NCBI GenBank assembly: GCA_028534125.1
Contig: CM052818.1
Location: 45,138,001 to 45,202,000, forward strand
Source: Lama glama
Taxonomy: Eukaryota
Length of the DNA: 64,000 bases
Reading direction: 5' to 3'
In this document: in pieces, positions 12,027 through 23,414 of the stretch
How the letters are laid out: every line of letters begins with the position of its first letter
Position numbering within the stretch: the stretch's first letter is position 1
Made by a program: the position numbers and the translations under genes
Notes under the pieces: generated by a model
Told to the model about the DNA's origin: nothing
The model's input: the letters and a program-made list of their open reading frames with translations, nothing else
Database searches by the model: none

Positions 12027-13579
12027 AATAAGGTACAGAAATCCTAAGAGGGTGGATCAATTAATTTTTATGTATGTATACACCTGTGTAACCACCGTCC
12101 AGATCAAGGTACAGAACATTTCCAGCACCCAGGGACCTCCTGTCTTATTGCTTTATCATATGCTAGAATGTTATGTTTGTATTGTGGTCAAATCATTCAC
12201 TCAAATCATCAGCTGCACGTTCCAGCCCATAGGAAAGGCAGTGGGAGCCTGGTAGGGGGGTGGCGAGGACGTGGAGGGTGGGGCTCACAATTTCCTAATA
12301 AATTTGTGACCTGTAAGTTGCACACATCACTTCTGTCCATACTCCACTGGCTACCTCTTAGTCATATGATCACATGGGCTGCAAAAGATGCTGGGGAAAA
12401 CTGCCTCTATGTGGGTAATCACGGATACCAAAAAAATTCACGAGGTTCTATTACTAAGAAGAAGAAAGGCAGAAGGGATCCCAGGATGTCAAGTACACAG
12501 TAAACAGCCAGACGTACCTGGCCCTCTGGAGCCTGTTTATTGAGGGGACGCATGCAGCAGCAGCAGGAAGTCAGAATCTGAGCGGGACGGCTCCTGGCCC
12601 CTGGGCTGTGAGGTTTTTGAGCTGCATGATTACAGGGGTGCTGGCTCCTCCCTGGCCTGATCAGAGGCTGGGATCCAACATCAGTATGATGCACGGGGTT
12701 CTGGCTCCATCTCAGCACCCATGGCTAGGAGACCACCAGCCCCTCAAGTGTTATTATCAGGGGGTGGGGCTGAAGCCCTATATTGCAGCTTTTACAACAT
12801 GGCCACCTCAGGAATCGTCCAGAACTGACTGCCTCAAGCTCTTGGCTTTAGCTAGTCTCCACAAGTTTTGCAAGAGACCAACTTACAGACAATCAGTCTG
12901 GGATAAATCCACCCCTACTTGTAAAGAGGACAAGTAGCAGGGAGGGTCACAATAGGCTCACACTCCAGCAGTGCCGACAACCAGCTAAAGCAAATTCAGC
13001 GTGATGGACACTCTAATAGAAGCCCGGGAGTGTCCTATATGGAAAGCCATCAGTGCAGAGAGGAAACACTTAAAGTGAGTCATAAGGAAAGAGGGAGCTC
13101 TTTAGTCCACAGGGGAAAGGATGCGGATGGGAGGGGAACATTACCGACAAGCCAGCAAAAAGTGTGACAGTACGTATGATAGGTCCCTCAACAAACAAAG
13201 ATCAAATAGACATCGCGGAAGAAACACAATAAAAAGAAACCGATGGTAATATAGTTTTAGCATAGCAAGCATTAAATTGACCTGGCATATGGGAAATTCA
13301 CCAGATTATATAATGTTCACTGCCTGATATAAGTAAGCACCCAAGTTGTCTAGAATTATATCTTCCAAAAGTGCTACTTGGCATATACTTGGTCTTAAAA
13401 TTAAAAGGAATCTAAAATTATAAGCGAGATGGGTAGAATTTGTCCACTATAATATCTTAGGAAGTCTTAGCAACCTATGTCACGTTAGGGGTAGCAAGAA
13501 ATAATTCTGAACAGCATCCTGCATAGAACCACGTAACAGGTAACTAGACACCTAACCACACCTTAACTCTGGTAACATA

Positions 13580-14130
13580 TACATTACTCAGGATTTAGTC
13601 TAAATTTCTATGTCAGAGGCCCCCAAATATAGTGACTTAAAATAGAAATGTGTTTCTCTTTCACATAACAGTCTGAATGCAGGCAGTGGACCAGGGCTGG
13701 CAGGTGTCTCAGCTCAACGAGGTCACTTAGGGACCCAGATTTCTTCTGTCATGTGCTTTGCCATCCCCTAGGCTGTCATCAGTGTCCACACAGTGAACAC
13801 TGGCTCCTTAGAACCACCTCTACATCCCAGCCCAGGAAAAGTGGAAGGAGCGAGCAGGGCAAGCAATTTATATGCTTTAAAAAGTAAGTAAATCTTCTAG
13901 ATGAGACAAACTATTAATCTAAAAATAATAATCTGGTTTAAATAATAATAATAATTTGGAAATGACATGCACCACTTCCTCTCACACCTACTGGCCAAAA
14001 GTTGATCACGTGGACACAGTTGCAAGGCAGGTGAGAAATGTGGTCTGGGGTGGTTGATCGCACGCCTGGATAAAACTCAGGGGCTCTTATCGCCCGAAGG
14101 GAGACGGGCAGTTAGTAGCCTCTGCCCCAG
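13580..14130 (-). mobile_element. Old MaLR LTR (MLT1K/L-like)
   Basis: cccaaatatagtgacttaaa..tagaa.tgtgtttctct.tcacataacag, ggtcacttagggacccag, ctggccaaaagttgatcacgtggacac. Confidence 0.6.
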
Positions 14131-15507
14131 CATCTAAATGCAGGGGGTCACAGGGACAGACCAACCGAACAGCAAAGGAATAAGGAGTTCACTCAGGCAG
14201 TGAGCTCGCCAGTCCCAGGGCTATCTACTTCTTTCAAAGAAGAAATCCATTTGTGCTGCCCTTCAATTCTGGGTAAGGAGGAGAGAGCGTTAGAACAATT
14301 CAGGGAGGCCTTCTATAAACTCTCCAGGCAACAGTTCACATTTCTACTCCATTAATCCCTCTGCCAAGATAAAGGTCTACTTATGCAGGTAGTCAAGGTG
14401 ACAGGCTTAGGTCCCCGCTTCCAGTTTCTGCCAAATCTGGTTTATGTTTAAACCCAGTCAGTCTGCCTCAGACCACCTAACCCATCCCACCTGTTTTGCA
14501 GACCATGAAACTCTCAACACCACCAAGAGGACAGAAACTTGCAATTGTGGCGCGTAGATAGTGCCAGCAACTGAGGCGCCTTGGTTTCCAGGAACATGTT
14601 TGTTATAGATGGATCGGGGGTTAAGGGGTGGCTCTGTGACTCACAGAGACCCAGAGTGGCTGCCCCAAACAGGAGATGGTCTAGAGCGAGCTCATAGCAG
14701 CAAGCTGAGCTGGCATTTGAGGAGATGCCAGGGACTTAGGGCAGAGATCTGCCACTCTCCCACCCAGGGCCCCTCTACCGGAAGGGATGAGCCTGAGGGG
14801 CCAGAAGATAACCCCCTAGAGGATGCCGTCTGTGCAGCAGCAGGAGTGGCAGAGGCCCCAGCCATGTGGGCCTGGACCCAAGACCACAGACACGAGCCTT
14901 TGTAATAATCTGGTTCATGTCTTCCTTCTCCCTAAAGACTCTAAGCTCCAGAACAGCAGGGGTTATGCCTGTCTATTGCAGTGATATATGGCCAGTACCT
15001 AGCACACAGTAGGTGTTCAATGAATCTTTTTGACTGTTATCCCCCCAACTCAGGCCTCATCTGGAGCCACGGTGCACGAACATTTATTGGATATTTGCTA
15101 CCTGCCAAGAACTGAATTAGGTATTTCCCCACATGGTATCTTAGAGCCTCTTAACCTTGACAGTTAGGTATTACCATCCTCCCTGGGATGGAACCCAGCC
15201 CAGGGGCCCCTCCTAGACACTATATTCTAGCCCCAAGTTCACAGACTTCCAGGATGGAGGGGCAGAGGCAGGCCTTAAAGATAGCCCCACCTCTTTAGCA
15301 TGCAAAGTCGACCCCTTGCTTAATCCTTACACAAGCCCTGGGGGCTATGAGCCTCGTTCCCCCATTTCATAGAAGAGGAAACACTCTTGGAAGGGTTAAC
15401 TTTCCCAAGCCCCTCCGCTACAGGCAGCAGAGCCAGGTTTGAACCCAGCTCATTCTGACTCCAAAGCCCCAGCTCCTCCCACTTACACGGACTCAATATT
15501 TGACCTT

Positions 15508-15871
15508 TGCTGTGGACTGAACTGTGTCCCCCATCAAAATCCATGTGTCAAAGCCCACGCAACTAAATTGGAGATGGGGCATTTAAGGAGGTGATTAAGG
15601 TTAAATGAGGTCATAAGGGTGGGTCCTGACCGTATAGGACTGGTGCCCTTATAAGAAAAGGAAGAGACGCCAGCACCCTCTCTCCATCGCATGAAGACCC
15701 AGTGAGAACATGTCCATCCACAAATCAGGAAAAGGGTCCTCAACAGAAACTGACCATGCTGGCACCCTGATCTCAGATTTCCAGCCTCCAGTACTATGAC
15801 ACAATAATTTCTGTTGTTTAAGCCACCCAGGTTAGGGTATTTTGTTATAGGAGCCTGAGCAGACTAAGTCA
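15508..15871 (+). mobile_element. MaLR MLT1A-like LTR
   Basis: tgctgtggactgaactgtgtcccc...gtgattaaggttaaatgaggtcataagggtggg...gcagactaagtca. Confidence 0.88.
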
Positions 15872-16929
15872 AGGTTTTCCTAACACCAAATAGCTCAGAG
15901 CCAAATGGAAGAAGCTCCTCAGGGTTCCTTTCCCTGTTGTTCAATATTTTAGGGGGAAAAATAGCTTTAATATCTCCCAAGGACATCCTAGAGTTTATAG
16001 AAGAGCTGGGAACTGCCATAGGACCGGGACCTGCTGGTTTAACTTCCTCATGAAGAATTTATGGGGGCACAAGTACTTCCAGAGCTCCCAGAATTTCTTA
16101 AATTAGCAATTCTCCCCAATCTGAAGATCCTGTCTTATAAATGCCTGGCCCTCATCACCCCCTCCCTAGGGGGCAACCAGTTGCTCTGTCTGGAAAACGT
16201 CTATTCTGCCAAGAATCCCCACACCTTCCCAGTTAACACACAGTGTTCAGAGCATCAAGGAAGGAGACTGGCATCTCCTCAATTTCCCAGAGAGGAAAAC
16301 TGGCGTTCTGGGGTGGGGAGGTCCCCAGACTTGCTGAGTCACAGTCCTTGAATGCCCTCTGGTCTTCCCACGTGAAAACCACAGCTTCCAGGTCAAAGCA
16401 CAATGCGAGGAAGTGTATCTGAATCAATTGCGTTAAATAAGTGAATCAGTTCACGGGCAAACAATTAAATGCAAAATGACAACTAAATAATTAGAGCGAT
16501 TTGAGCACTGTGTCAGTCAGAGAGAGAAATAACACAAAAATCAGGAGGAGGAGGGTGGGAGGGAGGAAGGAGAAGGTAGAAAAAGAGGAGAAGTGCATTC
16601 TCTTCTCTCTGTTTACCTGAGGCTCCTACGATCCCCCTTCCAGTCCATTCTGTCTGGCAGTGGGTGATGGAGGCCATGGGCCAGGCACTGGGCAAGGGGC
16701 TGAGACTCAGAAATGAATCTGTCAAAGCCCCCTGGAGGTTCACTACAGTCTGGCCCATTGCCACTAACCTGTGCTGAGCAAAGCAGCTCCTGGGAGGGTC
16801 TTGTCCCAGGGCTGAGCCGGCGATCTGTCACCATCAGCACATGACATGAGTTCAGGGTCCTCCAACAGTCACACCCTCCTGAGGACACGCCAGGTTTGCC
16901 TCCGAATTCCAAGTTACTGCTTCATCATT

Positions 16930-17125
16930 TACAAAGCACGTCCACATCCTGTGTCTTGTTTAAGGCCTCATAACACCCTTTAGAAGGTATTGCGACCAGC
17001 TCCATTTTACAGAAAAGGAAAATAAGGTTCAGAGATGCTAATTAACTTGCCCAAGGTCAAGAATCTAGTGAGTGACCAAGCCAGGTTTGAACTCAGATCT
17101 TCTTGGCTCTAAATCCAGTTCTCCT
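16930..17125 (-). mobile_element. MIR SINE (representative; other MIRs near 2900-3080, 15350-15480, 39100-39270, 62830-63000)
   Basis: ccattttacagaaaaggaaaataaggttcagagatg...taacttgcccaaggtca...agccaggtttgaactcag core. Confidence 0.75.
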
Positions 17126-19372
17126 GCCACCCTTCCAAGCTGCCTCCCAGTCCTGCGCCCACACCCTCATTTATACTCACACACACGTAGGCCTAACTTG
17201 GCACAGAGTCTGGACAAATTTGGAGCAGGGCACAACTCAAATTCACCCGACTCTGAGCATGTGAGCGATGTGTGCCCTTGGGAGGAAACGATCTGCACCT
17301 GTTTCCGGGGGCAGGGATGTGGGGGAGGAGGAGTGGATCTAAAACCAGTGATGTTACGCCTGGAAATGAGCCTTGTAAATCACTGAGCAACCCAAATGTG
17401 GGTTAATGCCAAGGTTAAGGTGGCTTGTTGTGTGTCTGCCAGCAGGAAACAGGACTGGAAGCCCAAGCTCACACCACAAGACCCCCTCAGGCTCTCACCA
17501 GACTCTGCCTGGCGGAGAGTCCCCCACCCCAGTCCTTTCCACATCCCACCACATCCAAAAACCTCCATTTCTCCATCAACAAAAATACAGCTTAAAATGC
17601 ATTTGATGATTCATAGCACAGACTAGAAAGGCACCCCAGCATCCTAGCAGGTATTGGTTCTGCCAGAGCAAATCCTCATGGCTTTCAGCAATATCACACA
17701 CTTCAAAAGTAAACGATGATTTTAGCTTTCTCAGTAGATGTTAAACCAGAAATGGAGTCTTCAGATCTACATTCTGAAGTGTTTCATAAAGCATTCCTCT
17801 CGCAATAGAAATGTGTTTGCTTTCTACCAAAATGCATGAACTAACTCATTTCTGAGCAACTTGAGTGATCCTATATTTTTCATGGATGTGGTACCAGGGG
17901 TAATACATGAGATTTAGATGTAATTCTCTTACAAATGCCCCCCACCCCGACATCTAATTATTCCATTCAAACCCAAGTACATTGTCTTCTAAATTTCTAA
18001 GTGGTTTAATAATAGAATTGCTTCGTTAACTCTGATACATGCTTTGGAATTAAGAAAAAAATAAAGAAGGGCTAGAAAAACAAGCAGCTGTAGACACGTG
18101 CATTTCTGAGCTCTAAACCCTCGTGCAACGCCATGACGGGGAGCCCTTTGGCTGCAGCAGGTCATAAAAGGATTGTCCTACTGTCTCTGCTCCTCCCACG
18201 CCAGCCCCTCTCCTTCCTTAGAGGTGGAGCCCACCCTGTCACTCCCATCCATTCTCTCCTGCTTTCTTCCCCCCAAGAGGGAAATGGGGCTCCATCTTCC
18301 TGGAAAATAAAGGCCCAGAGCCAGAAAGTCGTCGGGGAGTCCTCCCTCCTGCCCCCACATCCGTCCTATGGTCCGTGACCATGACCCTTTTAGATTTCTT
18401 CTCCATTTCATGCAGAGAGACCCAGACCCCATGCTGAGGATCATTGTGTCTCTTCATGTTGTTTGCACTGAAAAAAACAAGAACCCAGGGAGGAGAAATG
18501 ACTTGACCAAGGTGACGTCAACTAAGGGGCCAAACCAGGACTGGGATCCAGCCGTTCCAGCTCCGCATCCCCTGGCAGCCCGGACACCCGATGCCTCCTG
18601 ATGGGCCTCCTTCCTGCATCACCTGTCCCGACCACAGTCTCAACAGTAATGTCTCACGCTCCCATCTGAACCCCTTCAAAGTCTTCCCAGGCCAAATCAA
18701 GTCCCCAGCCTTTCACTGGGCATTCAGGGACCTGAGGATCCACACTCACTCTACCCTTCCCACTACTCCTGACATAAACTTCCAAATAGGTGCTCCTCCA
18801 GCCCACCCTGCCTTCTGCCTCCCCTAGTCTCATCCCCTTCCAACTGAAACAACTGGTCAGCATCCCTCTGCCCTCTACAGCCCCTCCCCAGCCAAGTCGC
18901 CCAGACAGCACAGCTCTGGATCCCCAGCAAATTCCCCATGGCCCTCTGTTAGCAGGCAGAGCCCTCTGTGAGTATGCCTGCTCCCTGCTGGGCTGTGGCC
19001 CTGCCTGGGTGGGAGCCACATCCTAACTATTTTTGTGTGACATTCCCTTTGGGCCCAAAGCTTAGCACAAACCAGACATTTAACAATCAGGCACCTAATA
19101 AACGTGAATAAAGTGACAGTCCTTTTTAAGAGTGATGGTTTTCTCCATGTTAATTACACTCCCTCCAAACTGTCACTGTGGTCATTGTCTGTACTGTGAA
19201 GGATTTCCAACTGAAAGCGTTTCCAAAATAAGCCTCCCCTCTGAAGGTGTTGAGGGGGACAACACTTGTACTCCAAGCTGTGGCCCTTCTTCAGAGAGTC
19301 ACCAAGGAGTCCCCTGCAAAAGGGGTACAGACACCTCCCACTAGAGATCGCTGAGTCAAGAGAACCAGCCCT

Positions 19373-19570
19373 TAGATAAACAACAAGTTTCTCCTGTGTA
19401 GCACAGGGAACTATGCCCAATATCTTGTAGTAACCTATAATGAAAAGAATATGAAAATGAATATATGTATGTTCATGTATGACTGAAACATTATGCTGTA
19501 TGCCAGAAATTGACATGTAAACTGACTATACTTCAATGAAAAATAAATAAATAAAAATCTTAAAAAAGAG
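19373..19570 (+). mobile_element. Short L1 3'-end insertion with TSD
   Basis: agataaacaacaag..tcctgtgtagcacagggaactat...aactgactatacttcaat plus A-rich tail; TSD agagaacca[g/a]ccct at 19359-19372 and 19571-19584. Confidence 0.85.
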
Positions 19571-21459
19571 AGAGAACCAACCCTGCTCCCAATGACTTCC
19601 CCACTACCTCTACCAAGTATACACTGGACTTGGGGTGGGGGAGGTTGAGAAATGTCCAGGACCAGGGAGCTCACAGCCCAGTAGAACTAGAAGGACACAC
19701 CTGAATAGAGCTCAGCTGCAAAGCAGGAGGCCGTAGGCATAGTCGAAGGGGACCCAAGATGCTACTGGGTGGAGGGGGCCTGGCTTCGAGGAGAGGAGTC
19801 ACTCAGAGCTGGACCAAGGGCTTCCCACCCTTCCACTCAGCCATCACCAGCAACATACCCACTTCGTGGCCACCCAATGGGTTCTATCACATGCAAAGGG
19901 AGGCCGGGCACAGAAGAGAGGCGTTTCTTCGTGGTAATTTCTTTTCTTAGAGAGAAACATCTTTTCCAGAACTACTCCTCCAGCAGACTTATCCCACCTC
20001 CACTGGCCGAGACTGGGTCACATTCCACATTTAAACGTCACTAGCAAGTGGAATAGACTTACCGTCACATTCCAACCAAACCTTAAGTGCCTGGGGGACC
20101 CCAGGAAGCACAGGTGCCCCCCAACCTGAGCAAAACTGGGGTTCTACCAACAAGGAAGAAGGGGGCAGTGGCAGCATCAGCTACAAAGGTGGAACCTCAG
20201 CCCAGCACACTCAGACCTTCGCAGCTGACTTGATCCGGCACGTCCTCTCCTGCAGTGTAACGCAAACTTAGCAGTGACAGGCAGTGTCTGGGTGTATGTA
20301 GTATGAGTTCTCATCAATGGCCTCAGAAAATCTGAATTTTTTCATTCAGTTCTGATACTTGAGAGTCACCTGGCATTGGGCAAGTCACTTAACCTCTCCA
20401 AGCCTGTTTTGTCATCTGAACAATGGGGATTATAACCCTTCACCCAGCTACGGCGAAGATCAGGTGAGGAATGGTTGTGTGTGCTCAGTAAAACCTTATT
20501 TCACATTAAGGGCCGCCTTGCCTTCTCCTCAAAACAGTGTTTTACACTTTTATATTTTTTAGATGATTGTGATACAGGATGCAGTTGGCTGACTGGCACC
20601 AATGGTGGCTATTTTGGGAGGAGTGGTTACCAAGGAACATGAGGCTCTGGTAACCTTGGCAACCATAGGTAAGCCAGAATGATGGCGCATTCACGTTCTG
20701 TATTCCATTCTCATCTCCTCCCCACAAAGCTTGGCATCTGGTGATTTATTTATCAGAGGAGGCATCTGCCGGGGCCGAGCAGAACCTAGCACTGGCTTGG
20801 CTAGACTACTTTTAGACAGAATGGGCCAGGCAGGCACTAGAAAGACACAGGCAACTCCCTGCTTCTGAGGTCTCTGTGGAAAGTGCCCATTTTCTGCCTC
20901 GTGGTCCTTGGCATCATCCCATCCTCACTCCAGAAGTCCAGACCACACCAAACACTGTGTGCAGGAGCCAGAATGATATAGAGTGGACCCTGGCTAGCCG
21001 TGACAGGCTCAGAAAGCAGCAGGCAAGGCTGCCCAAGAAGAGGCAACAATTATGCTCTCTTGTAAACTCAAAGTATTTGAACCATAATTTTTATCAAGTA
21101 GATATAGATGACATTAGCAGATATAACTAGATACAGAAGCATATTTATAACCAATGTGTAGGGTGTAAAGACTTCCAGTGCTCCAAGTGCCCACATGCCC
21201 ACAACCCAGCTTAAGAACCAGAATGCAGCTGAAACCTTCGCAGCCACCTGTGCCCTCCCCATCACATCCCGCCCCCACACTGGTGTACCTCCATTGCAAA
21301 TAGTCTATTTACATTTCCTTGCTGTGCTTCAGAGTTTTGCCATATTTGTATTACTGAAAATGTATTTACTTTTGCATATTTTTGAACTTCACTTAAATGG
21401 AATGATATAGACTCATTTTTCTCCCACTGCTTTTTTTCAAATATAAATTCCTGAGGGAA

Positions 21460-21483
21460 TGTGTGTGTGTGTGTCTGTGTGTA

Positions 21484-21515
<32 letters not shown>

Positions 21516-21532
21516 TATATATATATATATAT
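21460..21532. repeat. Compound (TG)n(TA)n microsatellite
   Basis: Directly visible interrupted TG run followed by a TA run. Confidence 0.95.
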
Positions 21533-22420
21533 CAAGCTTATTAAATGTATTTTTCAAATTTTCTACATTCAAACTGAATTTTTATCTGCTTTCCCTATCA
21601 ATTAATGAGAGAGTTATAGTTAAATCTTCCAATCTGATGGTAGATTTGCCAATCTCTGCTTGCAGTTTTTGTCTTAAACCAACTTTTGCTTTACATATTT
21701 TAAGGCTATATTACTAGGCAAATACAAGTTTAGAATTATAATATCTTTCTGATGAACTGAGTCTTTTATTATTATGCAGTAATCTTCCATCTCTAGTAAT
21801 TCTTTAACCCTAACCTCGGTTACCTGCAATTAGATTATAGCTACACCTGTTTTTGATGAGTATTTGCCTAATATTTTCCATATACTTTTACTTTTAACAA
21901 GTCTGTATACTTACAGCTTGCCTGTTTTGTTTTATATTTATTTTTACTTTTTAGATGGAGGAGTCCACACAGGCATAAAGTAGATGAAATAGTATAATAA
22001 ATCCCAGGTAACTCTCCCCGGTCCCAGCAACAATCAATGCCCACTCTTGCTCTGTCCACACTGCCACCGCTCTCCTACCTTCTATCCACTTATTTACATA
22101 TTATGAAGGAAATTCCAGATCTTACGTTTTAGACATGTCTTATAAATAGCAGATAGCTAGTTTTGTTTTTCTATGCCATCTAAATTTTCTTCTTATCCAT
22201 TTATTCCATTTACTCTTCTTTCTGTAGGCAAGCTAAAGCTTTTACTGTGCATACTTAATAAAAGCTGAAGATAATAATTTCATCTTCCTTCCAAACAGTA
22301 GAACCTTATAATTTATATGCTGCATTTTCTAATATATTTGTTCTACCTCCTTTTTTAACCTCACAAATTAGTAATTATTATTGCTGCTGTTGTTTTGACA
22401 GAATCAAAGGTTGTTTGGAA

Positions 22421-22543
22421 TTTTTGGGAGGGGGAGGTAATTAGGGTTTTATTTATTTACTTGTTTATTTTAATGGAGGTACTGGGGATTGAACCCAGGA
22501 CCTCATGCCTGGTCCTCTCTACCACTGAGCTATACCCTCCCCC
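22421..22543 (-). mobile_element. tRNA-Ala-derived SINE (camelid vic-1-like)
   Basis: Reverse strand ggggagggtatagctcagtggtagag...gaggtcctgggttcaatccccagtacctcca plus AT-rich tail ending cctaattacctcccc. Confidence 0.85.
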
Positions 22544-22846
22544 TGAAGGTTGCTTGGATTTATCCGTGTTTACTAACTTCTTTGCCCTCCCATCTCTTTA
22601 CATTTCAGATCTTCCATCTAGGATGAATCCTCTGCTTTTAGAATTTACTTTAGTGAAATTGTATATGTGATAAACTCTCCATTTTGTTTGTCTTTATTTT
22701 ACCCTCATCCTTGTAAAATAATGTTTCTGCATATAAAACTAGATTTTCAGTTATCTTTTCCAGTTATATATTACAGATACAGAGGGCACATTGAAAGTAC
22801 GCTATCTTCTGGATTCCATCATTGCTATAAAAAGTTGGCGATACTG

Positions 22847-23414
22847 CCCTTCTACAAATAGTGCTGAAAGCAAAAAAAAAAAAAAAGAAAGAAAGAAAGA
22901 AAGAAACCCCGAGGCCTCCCAAAAAGGAAGTCAAAGCAAAGCCAAGAAAGCAGTACAGAAAAGGTGTCCTAAACCACAAACAAAAAAAAAAAAAAACAAA
23001 GATGAAAAAACAAATGGAGGAGACTTGTTCCATGTTACCCACATTTCAACAAGCCCAGGACACTGCAACTCTGAAGGCAACGTGGGTATCCTCAGAAGAA
23101 TGCGCCTCGAATGATCGACTTCACCCAAATGCCAGCATCAGGTTTCCCTGGCCACACAGTCGGCCACCAAGATGGAGACCAGCAGCACTGCAGAGTTCTC
23201 CATGGACATCAAGGCCAACAATAATCAGATCAGATTAGCTGAGAAGAGGCTGATGCTCATGTGGCCAAGGCCATGCCCTTACCGGGCCCGCTGGACAGAA
23301 GAAGGCGCTGGAACTGGCCCTGACTCTGAGGCTTTGGGTATGGCCAACGAAACTGGGGGATCATCCAAACAGAGCAGAGCTGGTGAGTTCTAAATATAAT
23401 AAGACTTTCCACAA
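22847..23414 (+). pseudogene. RPL23A: Highly degraded processed RPL23A (uL23) pseudogene
   Basis: Colinear intronless fragments in shifting frames: KETPRPPKKEVKAK ~ KEAPAPPKAEAKAK; KGVLNHKQKKKK ~ KGVHSHKKKK; PTF; DIKANNNQIRLAEKRL ~ DVKANKHQIKQAVKKL; gtggccaagg...agaagaaggc...gctttgggtatggccaacgaaactggg..atcatc ~ VAK..EKKA..ALDVANKIGII. Start codon reads ATA (22858) and stop reads CAA (23366), followed by a 3' UTR-like segment. Confidence 0.85.

Larger units (their letters stand above)
21050..22840 (-). mobile_element. Degraded old L1M fragments, interrupted by a microsatellite and a SINE
   Basis: T-rich; attaatgagagagttatagttaaatcttccaa, ttttgctttacatattttaaggctatattactagg, ttttgaacttcacttaaatggaatgatatag. 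Confidence 0.6.

Noticed and set aside
22764..23238. Poly-Lys and poly-Phe ORFs as novel proteins
   Set aside because: Explained by the decayed RPL23A retrocopy with A-tract expansions.
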